Source: Gemmatimonadota bacterium
Lineage (GTDB): Bacteria > Gemmatimonadota > Gemmatimonadetes > Longimicrobiales > RSA9
Direction: 5' to 3'
Length of the DNA stretch: 64,000 nt
NCBI GenBank assembly: GCA_037388885.1
Contig: JARRJS010000038.1
Coordinates: forward strand, 5,515-69,514
Made by a program: the position numbers and the translations under genes. This document shows, one piece after another, positions 27,089 through 37,589 of the stretch (its first letter is position 1; the number at the start of each line of letters is the position of its first letter). Under the pieces are notes generated by a model, which had not been told where the DNA came from, ran no database searches, and was given only the letters and a program-made list of their open reading frames with translations.

Positions 27089-28594
27089 ATGAGCCTGGAT
27101 GCACGGCCCGCTCCGGCGGTCTTCGACCCGGAGGCGGACGAACTCCCGGCCGTGCTCCGGCAGGCTGTTTCCGGAGATGCTGCGATCGTGTTCGTGGTCG
27201 CCGGGCCGAAGGCGCGGGAGGGCGGTTGGGCGGCGCGCGTCGCCGTTGCGGCGGCAGACGCGGCGGCGCGCCGACGACGGGTGATCCTGGCCGACTTGAG
27301 CTTCGAAGAACCGGAGCTGAACGCCGTGCTCGGCATGCGCAACAGGGAAGGCCTCGCCGACGTGTTCCTGTTCGGTGCTTCCCTGGAGCGGGTGGCGCAA
27401 CGTGCCGCGGGCCACACGTTCCAGCTGGTGCCACCGGGTGCGTACGTGCCTGACCCGGAGGAGATCCTTTCGTCCTCCCGCTGGTTCCGGCTGGCGCCGG
27501 AGCTGGCCGACCTGAACACCGTCATGCTGGTCTATGTGCCGGCAGGAGCCGCGGGATTGAGCGATCTGGTGCGCCACGGCCCCGTGGTGGTGTTGAACCG
27601 GGCCGGGGATGAGCCGGAGGCCGGACTCCCGGACGGGTCTGAGATCGTGGCAACAGTGACGCCACCCGAACCGGACGCCGAGGATGAGGCAGCGGTGGCG
27701 TTGTCGGATGGCGTGGAAGGGGACGAGTCGGCTGCAACGGAGCGCGCGGCCGCCCCGGAGCCGGAGCCCCGCGACGCCGTGACGGATGCCCGGAGCGCGC
27801 CGGACGGGCTGGAGGCAGATGTGGGTCTTGCGCCGAGCACCGGGGTACCGGTGGAGGAATGGGTGGACGAGGTGTCCCCGAAATCGCCGGACGTGCCGGT
27901 GCCGGGTTCGCCGGTGGATGAGCTCACGATTCCACCGGTGCTCCGGCCGCGGAGCCCGGAACGGCGCCGCCCGTCGCCCGTCCTGTGGTTCCTGCTGGTG
28001 ATCGTGCTGGCCGTGGCCGGGTGGTACGCTTACACGCAGTACTTTGCACCGACCGGCCAGGCATCGGCGGCGCCGGTCCTGGGCCGGCCGATCGAGACGG
28101 AAGTCCCGGTCTCGGTTTCCATTGAAGTGTACGAAAGCCTGGACGTGGCGCAGCGGCGCGTTGCCGCGCTGAGGGCCGCGGAGCCAGACCTGGAATTTTT
28201 CGTGTCGCCCGTGCTCAACGACGGTGTGACGTATCAAATCGTGATGGCGGGCCCCGTAGCGAACGTGGATGCAGGCATGGCATTGATGAGACGATTGGTG
28301 CAGGACGGGTACAAGACGGCCGAGGAGACGTGGTCGGTGCGGCCGACCACCCTGGCCTTCAGGATCCAGGACTTCGACACGCGGGCAGCGGCGGTAGCTC
28401 GGCGAGACCAGCTGGCGGCGAAGGGTGTGCCCACCTATGTGGTGGAGGTGCCGTATACGGTGGGTCCGTCGCACTATCGGCTGTACGCCGGGGCGTATGA
28501 GTACAGGAGCGAAGCGCAGGTGATGGCGCAGCTGTTGAAGTCCGTGGGCATCAACGCTCCCCTGGTCCCGCGCACGGGACGGCCGGTGGCATGA
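27089..28594 (+). CDS. Membrane protein: degenerate MinD/CpsD-like P-loop domain, acidic/Pro linker, single TM, two SPOR-like domains
   Basis: RRVILADLSFEEPELNAVLG...EGLADV is MinD/Wzc-like; TM LWFLLVIVLAVAGWYAY; SPOR-like YQIVMAGP and YRLYAGAY repeats. Confidence 0.7.
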   Translation: MSLDARPAPAVFDPEADELPAVLRQAVSGDAAIVFVVAGPKAREGGWAARVAVAAADAAARRRRVILADLSFEEPELNAVLGMRNREGLADVFLFGASLERVAQRAAGHTFQLVPPGAYVPDPEEILSSSRWFRLAPELADLNTVMLVYVPAGAAGLSDLVRHGPVVVLNRAGDEPEAGLPDGSEIVATVTPPEPDAEDEAAVALSDGVEGDESAATERAAAPEPEPRDAVTDARSAPDGLEADVGLAPSTGVPVEEWVDEVSPKSPDVPVPGSPVDELTIPPVLRPRSPERRRPSPVLWFLLVIVLAVAGWYAYTQYFAPTGQASAAPVLGRPIETEVPVSVSIEVYESLDVAQRRVAALRAAEPDLEFFVSPVLNDGVTYQIVMAGPVANVDAGMALMRRLVQDGYKTAEETWSVRPTTLAFRIQDFDTRAAAVARRDQLAAKGVPTYVVEVPYTVGPSHYRLYAGAYEYRSEAQVMAQLLKSVGINAPLVPRTGRPVA

Positions 28595-31500
28595 AGCTGC
28601 GCAGGCTTACCCTCCACGGGTTCAAATCCTTCGCCGATCGCACGGAGATCCAGTTCCACGAAGGCATCACGGCCATCGTGGGGCCGAACGGGTGCGGCAA
28701 GTCGAATATCAGCGACGCCATCCGGTGGGTCCTGGGCGAACAGCGCCCGACGGCCATTCGCGGCGCGCGCATGGACGAAGCCATCTTCCAGGGCACCCAG
28801 GCACGTCGCGGATTGAACCGCGCCGAAGTGGCCCTGGTGGTGTCGAATGGCGATCGTCTGCTTCCCCTGCCTCAGGACGAGGTGGAGGTGCGCCGCACGG
28901 TATTCCGGGAAGAAGGCAGCGAGTACGAGCTGAACCGCGAGTCGGTCCGGCTGCGCGACATCCTGGACGTATGCCGTGACACCGGTCTGGGCACCAACGC
29001 CTACGCCGTGATCGAGCAGGGCATGGTGGACGCCATCCTGTCCGAGCGGGCGGATGAGCGCCGTCACCTGTTCGAAGAGGCGGCCGGCATCGGTCGTTAC
29101 AAGGATCGCCGCAAGACTGCGCAGCGGCGACTCGATGCAGGGGAGGGCGACCTGGCGCGCCTGGAGGATGTGATCTCGGAGGTCGAGACCAAGGTCCGCA
29201 GCCTGGCCCGGCAACGGCGGAAGGCGGAACGGTTCCAGGACCTGCGGGCGCGTCGTCTGGGCCTGGATGTCGCCGTCGCGGCGGCGGACCTGGACGGCGT
29301 GGCGGAGACGCTGGCAGAAGCGGAAGCCCGGCTGTCGGACGTATCGAAAGACGAACCGTCCCGCCGTGCCGAGTTGAGTGCGGCCGAGGCGGACCTGGAG
29401 CAACGCCGACTGCAGGCGGCGGACGTGGCGCGCCAACGCAACGAGGCGGCGCAGGAGCTGGATCGGCTGCGGCGGCGTATCGCGGAGCGTGACCGGGAAC
29501 TGGCCGTGGCCCAGGAACGACGAGCCCATGCACAGCGTCGTCTGCAACAGATCGAAACGGACCGGGACGAGCTGCGGCGCCGCATGGCCACCTTGCGTGA
29601 CGAGATCGATCGGCTGGAAGTGGAGGGGGGCCGGCGCCGGGAGGAGTTCGAGGCTTTGGCGCAGCAGGTCGCGGACGTTCGGGACCGACAGCGCACCATG
29701 CGCGAGGAGCTGGCCGCCGCGCGGCAGCTGGAGGAGAAGGCGCGCGTGAGAGAGGAGGAACTGGCGCGGCGCATCACGCAGCTGGGCGCCGACGCGGCGG
29801 CGGCCGATGCGCGGGCGGCGGACGCCGCGGAACGCGGCGAGCGCCTGGAGCTCGAGGAAAGCGAGTTGGCCTCCGAGCTGGCACGCCTGGACGAGCAGGG
29901 CGACCTGTTCGCGACTCGAACGGAAGAACTCTCCGCTCGCCGTGATGATGTGAGAGCCGATCTGGACGCGTGCCGGGAGCAATTGCGGGCGCTGCGGGCG
30001 GAGGAGCAGGAAGCGAAGCGTGCGTTCCAGGAGGCTGAAGATCGTGCGAGCCTGCTGGCGGCGCGGCTGGCAGCGGTGGAGGCCCTCGAGCGCGACGGTC
30101 AGGGCTTCGCACCGGCCGTGGTGGCCGCTCTGGAGTCGCGCGAAAAGCTGGACGGCCTGCTGGGGCCGCTGGCTGAATTCCTGGATCTGGACCGACAAAG
30201 AGCGGCGGTGGTGGAGGGGGCTCTGGGAGCGTTCCTTCAGGCGTTGGTGGTGGAGGACGATGCTGCAGTCGAGCGCGTCGAAGCATGGCTGCAGAGCGAT
30301 GACTCGCGGTCGGGCGTGCTTGCGTTGCTGCCGAAGGACACAATTCCCCGCGTGCATGCCCTGCTCGAAGCCATCCGGTTCGTCGGACGCCCGAGTGCGG
30401 AGCCGGTCCTCATCGGCCGCCGGGAGCGGTTGGCCACGTTGCGGGGGGAGGCGGAGGAAGCAGCGCGCCTGCGCGATGCCAGGGCGGCCGCCCGCAGCTC
30501 TCTCGCCGAGCGCGCGAGCGGTACGGAAAGCGAGCTGCACGAGCTGGAATCGACCGTGCAGGCCGTGGAGCTCGAGCTGCGACGCCTCGAGGCCGACGAA
30601 GCAGCCCGCACCGACCAGCGGGCCCGGGCCGAGCGGGCGCGGGACGAACTGGAACGACGGCGCTCAGGCCTGCGCGCGGCGGCGGAGCAGGCTCGGGCGG
30701 AAGCCGTTTCCGCACGGCAGGAGCGGGATCGCCTGGCGTCGGAGCTGGAGACGCGGCGACAGGACCGGGAGCAGGCCGCCGATGCGCTGCGCGAGCGCCA
30801 GGCCGCGTGGGAGACCGTGCGCGACGAAGAGGCGGAGCTGCGCATCGCCCATGCCCGGGAAGAAGCCGCCCTCGCCGAGATGGACCGGCGGCGTGTCGGT
30901 GCGGCAGAAGCCGTCGAACACGCGGAAGGCCGCATCCGCAGCCTGGACGCGGAAGAGGAAGAGCACCACCGTACCCTGGTGGAGCTGGAAACGTTACGCA
31001 CGGAAGCGGAAGCGGACCTGGAGCGGCTCTTCGGCGAGCGGGACACTTCATCGGACGCCCTGTCGGCGCTGGACGAGCAGCTGGCGGAGGCGGGCAGCGC
31101 AGCGGACGTCCTGGAGAAGCGTGCGCGCGAGCTGCGCAGCGCAGTGGAGTTGCGCGGTGAGGAACGGCATCGGCTGGAACTGCAAGTGGCCGAAGGCGCG
31201 GCGGTGCGTCGACGGGTGCATGAGCGGCTCGAGCTGGAGTGGGGGAAATCGTTCGAGGAGCTGGCCGGCCAGATCGAGCCGGCGGAAGGCGCACCCGATG
31301 CGCTGCGTGCGGAGCAGCAGCAGGTGATCCTCGACCTGGAGCGCCTGGGCCCCGTGAACATGCTGGCGGTGGAGGAGTACGAGGAAGAGAAGGAGCGCCT
31401 GGGTTTCCTGACCGGCCAGCGTGACGATCTGGTGCAGGCCCGCGATGACCTGCAGGCGGCCATCCGGCAGATCAACCGTACGGCGCGCCAACTCTTCCAC

Positions 31501-31965
31501 GAGACGTTCGAGCAGGTCCGGCAGCATTTCCAGCACACGTTCGGGACGCTGTTCGAGGGCGGCGAGTGCGACCTCCGGCTGGAGGACCCCGAAGACCCGC
31601 TGGAATCTCCGGTGGTCGTCTCGGCGTCGCCGCGGGGCAAGCGCACCCAGCGGATCCATCTGCTGTCCGGCGGTGAGCGAGCCCTCACGGCTCTGGCCCT
31701 GCTGTTCGCCATCTACCTGGTGAAGCCGAGCCCATTCTGCGTGCTGGATGAGGTAGACGCACCGCTGGACGAGGCCAACATCGGTCGGTTCCTGGCCATG
31801 CTCCAGGAATTCAAGAGGGAGACCCAGTTCATCGTGATCACCCACACCCCGCGCACCATGGAAGCTGCAGACTGGATCTACGGCGTCACCATGGAGGAAC
31901 CGGGCATCAGCACCATCGTCGGTGTGCAGATGGACGAGGTGCTGGCCATGGAAAGCGTGGACTAG
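28591..31965 (+). CDS. smc: Chromosome segregation protein SMC
   Basis: [26 protein letters not shown], long coiled coils, [20 protein letters not shown] and FIVITH motifs. Confidence 0.96.
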   Translation: MKLRRLTLHGFKSFADRTEIQFHEGITAIVGPNGCGKSNISDAIRWVLGEQRPTAIRGARMDEAIFQGTQARRGLNRAEVALVVSNGDRLLPLPQDEVEVRRTVFREEGSEYELNRESVRLRDILDVCRDTGLGTNAYAVIEQGMVDAILSERADERRHLFEEAAGIGRYKDRRKTAQRRLDAGEGDLARLEDVISEVETKVRSLARQRRKAERFQDLRARRLGLDVAVAAADLDGVAETLAEAEARLSDVSKDEPSRRAELSAAEADLEQRRLQAADVARQRNEAAQELDRLRRRIAERDRELAVAQERRAHAQRRLQQIETDRDELRRRMATLRDEIDRLEVEGGRRREEFEALAQQVADVRDRQRTMREELAAARQLEEKARVREEELARRITQLGADAAAADARAADAAERGERLELEESELASELARLDEQGDLFATRTEELSARRDDVRADLDACREQLRALRAEEQEAKRAFQEAEDRASLLAARLAAVEALERDGQGFAPAVVAALESREKLDGLLGPLAEFLDLDRQRAAVVEGALGAFLQALVVEDDAAVERVEAWLQSDDSRSGVLALLPKDTIPRVHALLEAIRFVGRPSAEPVLIGRRERLATLRGEAEEAARLRDARAAARSSLAERASGTESELHELESTVQAVELELRRLEADEAARTDQRARAERARDELERRRSGLRAAAEQARAEAVSARQERDRLASELETRRQDREQAADALRERQAAWETVRDEEAELRIAHAREEAALAEMDRRRVGAAEAVEHAEGRIRSLDAEEEEHHRTLVELETLRTEAEADLERLFGERDTSSDALSALDEQLAEAGSAADVLEKRARELRSAVELRGEERHRLELQVAEGAAVRRRVHERLELEWGKSFEELAGQIEPAEGAPDALRAEQQQVILDLERLGPVNMLAVEEYEEEKERLGFLTGQRDDLVQARDDLQAAIRQINRTARQLFHETFEQVRQHFQHTFGTLFEGGECDLRLEDPEDPLESPVVVSASPRGKRTQRIHLLSGGERALTALALLFAIYLVKPSPFCVLDEVDAPLDEANIGRFLAMLQEFKRETQFIVITHTPRTMEAADWIYGVTMEEPGISTIVGVQMDEVLAMESVD

Positions 31966-31982
31966 CGAGGCGCGTCCGAATC

Positions 31983-32786
31983 GTGCGGATTACGATTGTG
32001 GGATCGGGAACGGCAGTGCCGGAGCCGGACCGGGTGTGCTCGGCATACCACGTTGCCGTGAACGGCATTCGCCTGCTGATGGATGTCGGGCCTGGAACCG
32101 TTCACCACATGGCCCGGTTCGGCATCAACTGGAAGCGGATCACTCACGTGGCCCTCACACACTTTCACAACGACCACATCGGCGACCTGCCCTACCTGTT
32201 GTTCGCGTTGCGCTGGGGCATGACACCGCCACGCGCCGCTCCGCTGCACGTGGCAGGGCCGCCCGGCACGCGCGAGCTGATCGATCGAATGGGCGCCGTA
32301 TTCGGCAGCCATGTGCAGGAGCCGGACTTTCCGCTGGACATCCACGAGCTGGACGACGGCGATGCGCTCGACCTGGACGGCGGGGCTCGCCTGCTGGCCT
32401 GCCGTACCCAGCACTCCGGTGCGTCGCTGGCCTACCGCGTCGAGACGTCGGATGGCACGGTGGCCTACACGGGCGACACGGGCAGCGACCCCGCCGTTAC
32501 GCGCTTCGTCGCTGGCGCGGACGTGCTCATCGCAGAATGCTCCCTGCCGGAAGAGGAGGCGATGGACGTCCACATGACGCCTTCCCGCCTGGCGGATCTG
32601 GCGAGAACCGCGCAGCCCGACCGACTCGTCGTCGTGCATGTGTACCCGCAGCTTGCGGGTGTCGACCTGGCCGCGCTGCTCAAGGATCACGGCTGGGCCG
32701 GAGCCACGGTTCGGGCGTCCGACGGCATGAAGCTGCGGATCGGCGTTTCCGCGGACTCGCTAGACGATTCTGTCGTGCCGGGCTAG
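31983..32786 (+). CDS. MBL-fold metallo-hydrolase, RNase Z-like short form
   Basis: [29 protein letters not shown] and VVHVYP motifs; no obvious exosite insertion. Confidence 0.85.
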   Translation: MRITIVGSGTAVPEPDRVCSAYHVAVNGIRLLMDVGPGTVHHMARFGINWKRITHVALTHFHNDHIGDLPYLLFALRWGMTPPRAAPLHVAGPPGTRELIDRMGAVFGSHVQEPDFPLDIHELDDGDALDLDGGARLLACRTQHSGASLAYRVETSDGTVAYTGDTGSDPAVTRFVAGADVLIAECSLPEEEAMDVHMTPSRLADLARTAQPDRLVVVHVYPQLAGVDLAALLKDHGWAGATVRASDGMKLRIGVSADSLDDSVVPG

Positions 32787-32845
32787 TTTATTCAATCTGG
32801 CCGCTCGTATCCTGCGGGCCGTCACCACACGAGAAAACGAGAACC

Positions 32846-33892
32846 ATGCTGGTCGTCATGCACCACGAGGCGGACGACTCGGACGTCCGCCGCGTCATTT
32901 CCACCATCAACGAGATGGGCTACGAAGCCCGGCCGATCCCTGGCAAGCAGCGGACGGCGATCGGGCTGATCGGCAACGACGGCAAGGTCGACAGCGGTCG
33001 CCTGGAGGCGCTCCCGGGCGTGGTCCAGGTGATCCACGTGACGCAGCCGTACAAGCAGGTTTCTCGTGAGTGGCGCCCGGAGCCCACGGTCATCGAGTTG
33101 AGCAATGGGACCCGGATCGGGGACACGGATATCGTCGTGATGGCCGGCCCGTGCTCGGTGGAGTCCCCCGAGCAGATCACGGAGATCTCGCATCGGCTGC
33201 GTGCCGCGGGCGTCACCGTCATGCGGGGCGGTGCATTCAAGCCACGTACCTCGCCGTATTCGTTCCAGGGCCTGGGCGTGCGCGGCCTGGAGCTTCTGGC
33301 CGCCGCCCGCGAGGCCACCGGCCTGGCGATCGTCACGGAAGCGCTCGAACCGGACATGGTCGACATCGTGGCCGACCACGCCGACATCATCCAGATCGGC
33401 GCACGCAACATGCAGAACTACCCGCTGCTTCGCCGTGCCGGGCAGAGCGGCAAGCCGGTGCTGTTGAAACGCGGTCTGGCCGCGACCATCAAGGAGCTGC
33501 TGCTTTCGGCGGAGTACATCCTGGCCGAGGGCAATGACCAGGTGATCCTGTGCGAACGCGGGGTACGCAGCTTCGATCATCACACGCGCAATCTGCTGGA
33601 CCTGACCGCGATCCCCGTGGTGAAGTCGCTGTCCCATCTTCCCATCATCGCCGATCCCAGCCATGGCACGGGACTGCGATCCAAGGTGGTGCCCATGGCC
33701 CGTGCTGCGGTGGCCGCCGGCGCGGACGGCCTCATGATCGAGGTGCACCCCGACCCGGATCATGCCCTGTCCGACGGCGCCCAGTCCCTCTATCCGGAAC
33801 AGTTCGAGGAGCTGATGGGACAGGTGCGCGTGATCGCCGAAGCCATCGGCCGGGCGCTCAACCCGTCGCTGGTCAGCCGCGTGCCTGCCTGA
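32846..33892 (+). CDS. aroF: 3-deoxy-7-phosphoheptulonate (DAHP) synthase, type I-beta with N-terminal regulatory domain
   Basis: [47 protein letters not shown] and LSDG motifs. Confidence 0.95.
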   Translation: MLVVMHHEADDSDVRRVISTINEMGYEARPIPGKQRTAIGLIGNDGKVDSGRLEALPGVVQVIHVTQPYKQVSREWRPEPTVIELSNGTRIGDTDIVVMAGPCSVESPEQITEISHRLRAAGVTVMRGGAFKPRTSPYSFQGLGVRGLELLAAAREATGLAIVTEALEPDMVDIVADHADIIQIGARNMQNYPLLRRAGQSGKPVLLKRGLAATIKELLLSAEYILAEGNDQVILCERGVRSFDHHTRNLLDLTAIPVVKSLSHLPIIADPSHGTGLRSKVVPMARAAVAAGADGLMIEVHPDPDHALSDGAQSLYPEQFEELMGQVRVIAEAIGRALNPSLVSRVPA

Positions 33893-34061
33893 GGCCGGGG
33901 TTCCGCGGGGCGACCGGGCCTTGCGCGGCGCCGGGACTCGCGGGCGGAGCGCCGGACCGTCCACTTGTGCGCCTTTCGGCTCGCCACGTCCCGGTCTGCC
34001 ATGGTCGGGACCCGCACGTCGGGACATCATTTGCGCAGGATGTCTGTGGCGGGAGGGAACC

Positions 34062-34424
34062 ATGACGGGGGCACACGAGCTGGGCCGGCGCGGGGAAGCG
34101 CTGGTGGCAACCGCGCTGGCGAAGCATGGCTGGCGGATCGTGCACCGCAACTACCGTTTCGGCCACCGCGAGATCGACCTCATAGCCCGTCGCGGCCGGG
34201 TCGTTGCCTTCGTCGAGGTGAAAACGCGTGCCGGCGTGGGGTTCGGCGACCCGCTGGAAGCCGTGCACGCCCTGAAGCGGCGGGAGATCGAGAAGGTGGC
34301 ACGCGCCTGGATCGCGCGCCACGGCGCCGCGTCGGATCGCTACCGGTTCGATGCCGCCGCCGTCCTCTGGCCTCCCAGTGCGCCGCCCAGGATCCGCTAC
34401 GTGAAGGACGCCTGGCGCCTTTGA
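34062..34424 (+). CDS. yraN: YraN family (UPF0102) protein
   Basis: LGRRGE, RNYR, EIDLIA, FVEVKTR and RFD motifs; RBS GGGAGG. Confidence 0.92.
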   Translation: MTGAHELGRRGEALVATALAKHGWRIVHRNYRFGHREIDLIARRGRVVAFVEVKTRAGVGFGDPLEAVHALKRREIEKVARAWIARHGAASDRYRFDAAAVLWPPSAPPRIRYVKDAWRL

Positions 34425-34430
34425 GGGGCG

Positions 34431-34673
34431 TCAGTTGCGGCGGCCGTTGCCGGCCGACCCGTCGCCGGCCTCGGCCAGCAGCTCTCCCACGCGTATCATC
34501 CCGCGGCCCCGTTCCATCAGCACCTCGGCCAGCCGGTTCACGAGGTCCGGTGGGGTGGTCGCGGGCCGGCGGCGATACCCTTCCAGCGCATCGTTCCCGA
34601 TGCCCAGTGCCGTGGCCAGCTCGCTTTCGCGACCCAGAAACAGATCGGTGGCACGCTTGAAGTCCAACGGCAT
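34431..34673 (-). CDS. Small HTH (XRE-like) hypothetical protein
   Basis: ESELATALGIGNDALEGYRR helix-turn-helix pattern; RBS GAGGAGGAG. Confidence 0.65.
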   Translation of the reverse strand: MPLDFKRATDLFLGRESELATALGIGNDALEGYRRRPATTPPDLVNRLAEVLMERGRGMIRVGELLAEAGDGSAGNGRRN

Positions 34674-34697
34674 GTCTCCTCCTCGATCGGATGGGCG

Positions 34698-35141
34698 TTA
34701 ACCGAACAGGCGCCGGTGATCCGCCAGCATGCATCGGTCCTGAACCACCTCGATGCCGGCTTCTGCCAGCTCCCGTGCCGCCGCATCGTTCCGGATGCCG
34801 AGCTGGAACCATACGTATCTCGGCTTCACGGCCAGGATGTCCGGCACGTGCGGCGGGATGTCCTCCGGGCGCCGGAACACGTCTACCAGGTCGATGTTGC
34901 CGGGCACGTCTGCGAGGGCCCGGAACACCGGCTGGCCCAGGATCTCGGTCACGTCGGGGTAGTAGACCGGGACGGGAACGATCTCGTAGCCATGCTTCTG
35001 CAGGTACGCGGGAACGTAGTAGGCCGCGCGATCGGCACGGCTTTCCGGCTTGATACCCAGCACGGCGATGCGATGCGCGTCCTGCAGGACACGGCGCAGT
35101 CCGTCGTCGTTGTCGACCAGCTCCTTCTGCCAATCCTCCAT
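34698..35141 (-). CDS. CoA-binding protein (YccU-like)
   Basis: IAVLGI, VPAYLQKHGYEIVPV, IDLVDVFRR, WFQLGI and VVQDRC motifs. Confidence 0.92.
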   Translation of the reverse strand: MEDWQKELVDNDDGLRRVLQDAHRIAVLGIKPESRADRAAYYVPAYLQKHGYEIVPVPVYYPDVTEILGQPVFRALADVPGNIDLVDVFRRPEDIPPHVPDILAVKPRYVWFQLGIRNDAAARELAEAGIEVVQDRCMLADHRRLFG

Positions 35142-35188
35142 CGTTCTCTCATGCGGTTGTGTGACGGAAAGTTGCGGCCCATCCGGGG

Positions 35189-35218
35189 TTGACCCCGGCC
35201 AAGCCGGCTCGTTACCTT
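35189..35218 (+). promoter_or_regulatory. sigma70-type promoter of ffs
   Basis: TTGACC-N18-TACCTT, 6 nt before the SRP RNA 5' end. Confidence 0.65.
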
Positions 35219-35224
35219 TGCAAC

Positions 35225-35324
35225 GCGTCCCAGGCCCGCAGGACGCGAGCGCGCGAATCCCGTCAGGACCCCGCAGGTAGCAGCGGTAAGTGACGCGGAC
35301 GTCGCTGCGGTCAGCCTGGGGCGC
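35225..35324 (+). ncRNA. ffs: Signal recognition particle RNA (small, 4.5S type)
   Basis: Terminal stem GCGTCCCAGGC/GCCTGGGGCGC, core GAATCCCGTCAGG-ACC...GGT-AGCAGCGGTAAG, followed by a T7 tract; classic position upstream of dnaX. Confidence 0.9.
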
Positions 35325-35362
35325 CTTTTTTTCTGCAAGCGCTGCGCCCCGCCATTTCGGGG

Positions 35363-35391
35363 TTGCCGCCAACCGGACGGTCCCGTAAGGT
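35363..35391 (+). promoter_or_regulatory. sigma70-type promoter of dnaX
   Basis: TTGCCG-N17-TAAGGT. Confidence 0.5.
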
Positions 35392-35427
35392 CAGCGAGAC
35401 CGCGCCCTGAATCAACAGCGAGACCCA

Positions 35428-37170
35428 ATGACGCGCACCGCCCTCGCCCGGCTGTATCGTCCCCGACGGTTCGGTGAACTGATTACGCAGGAACACGTGT
35501 CCGACACGTTGCGCACGGCGGTACTGCGGGATCGCGTCGCCCACGCCTACTTGTTCACCGGTCCCCGCGGCGTCGGCAAGACCACGGCCGCGCGCGTGCT
35601 TGCCATGGCGCTGAACTGCCCGAATCGCGGGTCGGACGGTGAGCCTTGCGGGGAGTGTGAATCCTGCGAGCGCATCTGGTCCGGCCGCACCTCGCTGGAT
35701 GTCGTGGAGATCGACGCCGCGTCGAACCGCGGCGTGGACGATGCCCGGGACCTGCGAGAACGCGCCATGTATGCCCCCACCGAGGAGGACCGCTTCAAGG
35801 TCTACATCATCGATGAGGCACACATGCTCACGCGGGATGCGTGGAACGCCTTGCTGAAGATCCTGGAGGAGCCGCCGCCGCGAGTGATCTTCGTGTTCGC
35901 GACGACCGAGCCACAAAAGATCCAACAGGCGGCGCCGCCCGTGCTGTCACGCTGTCAGCGGTTCGATTTCCGGCGGATCAGCGTTCCGGCCATCGTGGAG
36001 CGACTGAAGCAGGTGTTGGCGGGCGAGGGAGTCGAGGGGGACGAGGAGGCGTTGCTGCTGCTGGCGCGGCGAGCGGAGGGCGGTATGCGAGACGCCCTGT
36101 CGCTGCTGGACCAGGTGTTGTCGTTCGCGGACCGGCGCCTGACTACGGAGGACGTGCGCCAAGTGCTGGGTCTGGTGGGTGAGGACGTGTATCTGGAGCT
36201 GTTCGACATCCTGTCCGAGCGGCGCGTGGCGGACGTGTTCCATTTCGTGGAACGGCTACTGGACGAAGGCTACGACCTGACGGAGTTCTATCGCGGCCTT
36301 GCGGACATCCTGCGGGTCATGCTGGTGACTCGCCTGGAAGGATCGGCTGCAGCGGAGGTACGGACGGACCTGCGACAGGCGTTCGCGGAGCGCGCTGAAC
36401 GGTTCGCCGTGGGCGATCTGCTGCGGATGCTGTCGCAGGTGGCCGAGCTGGACGCTGACGGCCGGTTCCGCAAGAGCAACAACCCCCGCATCATGCTGGA
36501 AGCGCTGCTGCTGCGTTTCGCGCACCTTTCCAGCACGGTGGAGCTGGAAGACCTGATCCGCGCTGCCGGTGGCACGGGTGGCGAGGGTGGGCCGGTAGGT
36601 CCGCCGGCCGGCCAAGGGCCTGCGCGGTCGAATGCGCCCCGAGCATCACGGCCGGGGAACAGCGGAGCCCGCTCGTCCGGAGAGACCGGAGCGGGTGCGG
36701 CGGATGCGTCGCCGACCGCCGTTGCCGCGTCGACGCCTGCAGATCAGGGAGATCCGGCCGGGATCGGTGGGACTCGAACGCAGGAGGAGGTCACAGAGGC
36801 CGGTCCCGTGGCGGCGGCGCTCCGCGACCTGATGGAGAGCGACGGCTTACCCCCGGGACTGGGCCCGTTCTTCCGTGTGGCCCGCGTTGCCGAAGAGGAA
36901 CAGGGATGGGCGGTGATCGAGTTGCCGCCGGGTCCGGCCCTGGAGCGCCTGGCGGAGGGCTCCCCAGCGCTGCGCGCGTTGGAGACGGCGCTGAAGGACC
37001 GTGTCGGTGCGCCGCTGCGCTTGGACGTCCGTGCACCGAAGGAAGCCTCACAACCCCGGGAGCGCCTCACACCGGAAAAGGTGAAGAACGACCGGCTGGC
37101 GCGTATTTCCCGCGAGGAACCCGCCCTGAGCCGGGCGGTAGAAGAATGGGACCTGGAAATCGTGGAATGA
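35428..37170 (+). CDS. dnaX: DNA polymerase III subunit gamma/tau
   Basis: LARLYRP, GPRGVGKTT, C..PCGECESC, EIDAASN, IIDEAHML, SRCQRF and GGMRDALS motifs. Confidence 0.97.
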   Translation: MTRTALARLYRPRRFGELITQEHVSDTLRTAVLRDRVAHAYLFTGPRGVGKTTAARVLAMALNCPNRGSDGEPCGECESCERIWSGRTSLDVVEIDAASNRGVDDARDLRERAMYAPTEEDRFKVYIIDEAHMLTRDAWNALLKILEEPPPRVIFVFATTEPQKIQQAAPPVLSRCQRFDFRRISVPAIVERLKQVLAGEGVEGDEEALLLLARRAEGGMRDALSLLDQVLSFADRRLTTEDVRQVLGLVGEDVYLELFDILSERRVADVFHFVERLLDEGYDLTEFYRGLADILRVMLVTRLEGSAAAEVRTDLRQAFAERAERFAVGDLLRMLSQVAELDADGRFRKSNNPRIMLEALLLRFAHLSSTVELEDLIRAAGGTGGEGGPVGPPAGQGPARSNAPRASRPGNSGARSSGETGAGAADASPTAVAASTPADQGDPAGIGGTRTQEEVTEAGPVAAALRDLMESDGLPPGLGPFFRVARVAEEEQGWAVIELPPGPALERLAEGSPALRALETALKDRVGAPLRLDVRAPKEASQPRERLTPEKVKNDRLARISREEPALSRAVEEWDLEIVE

Positions 37171-37258
37171 CGGCGTCAGCGCGGTGCTCCGCGTCTTGCG
37201 TCGCCGAAACCGGGCGGCCTATCTTGGACGCCGCGCGAGGGAGGAAACGCGAGTCTTC

Positions 37259-37582
37259 ATGACGAACCTGCAGCAGATCCTGCAGATGGGCCAGCAAATG
37301 CAGGCCCGTCTTTCAGAGATTCAGACGGAGCTGCGCAAGCAGACCGTGACGAGCTCCAGCGGTGGTGGCATGGTCACAGTCACCGCAGATGGGCAGGGCA
37401 GGGTGCGAGAGGTCCGGATCGACCCGGCGGTGGTGGACCCGGCCGACGTGGAGATGTTGGAAGACCTGGTGCTGGCGGCGGTCTCGGAGGTGCAACAGCG
37501 TGCCAGACAGCTTTACGAGGAAGAGATGAAAAAGCTGACTGGTGGCATGCCGATGCCGTTCCAGCTTCCGAATCTGCCCTGA
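37259..37582 (+). CDS. ybaB: YbaB/EbfC nucleoid-associated protein
   Basis: QQMQ, SGGGMVTVTADG and EMLEDLVLAA motifs; dnaX-ybaB-recR synteny. Confidence 0.95.
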   Translation: MTNLQQILQMGQQMQARLSEIQTELRKQTVTSSSGGGMVTVTADGQGRVREVRIDPAVVDPADVEMLEDLVLAAVSEVQQRARQLYEEEMKKLTGGMPMPFQLPNLP

Positions 37583-37589
37583 GCCCTGC

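Noticed and set aside
31922-32845. Long N-terminal extension of aroF (656-aa ORF); likewise extensions listed for cinA, pdxJ, bshB1, rpsF and the DUF2520 gene
   Set aside because: The extensions overlap other genes or leaders, look like shadow sequence, and downstream starts match the family N-termini
35428-37170. Programmed -1 frameshift or slippage site in dnaX
   Set aside because: No A AAA AAG or long A/T run was seen in the gene
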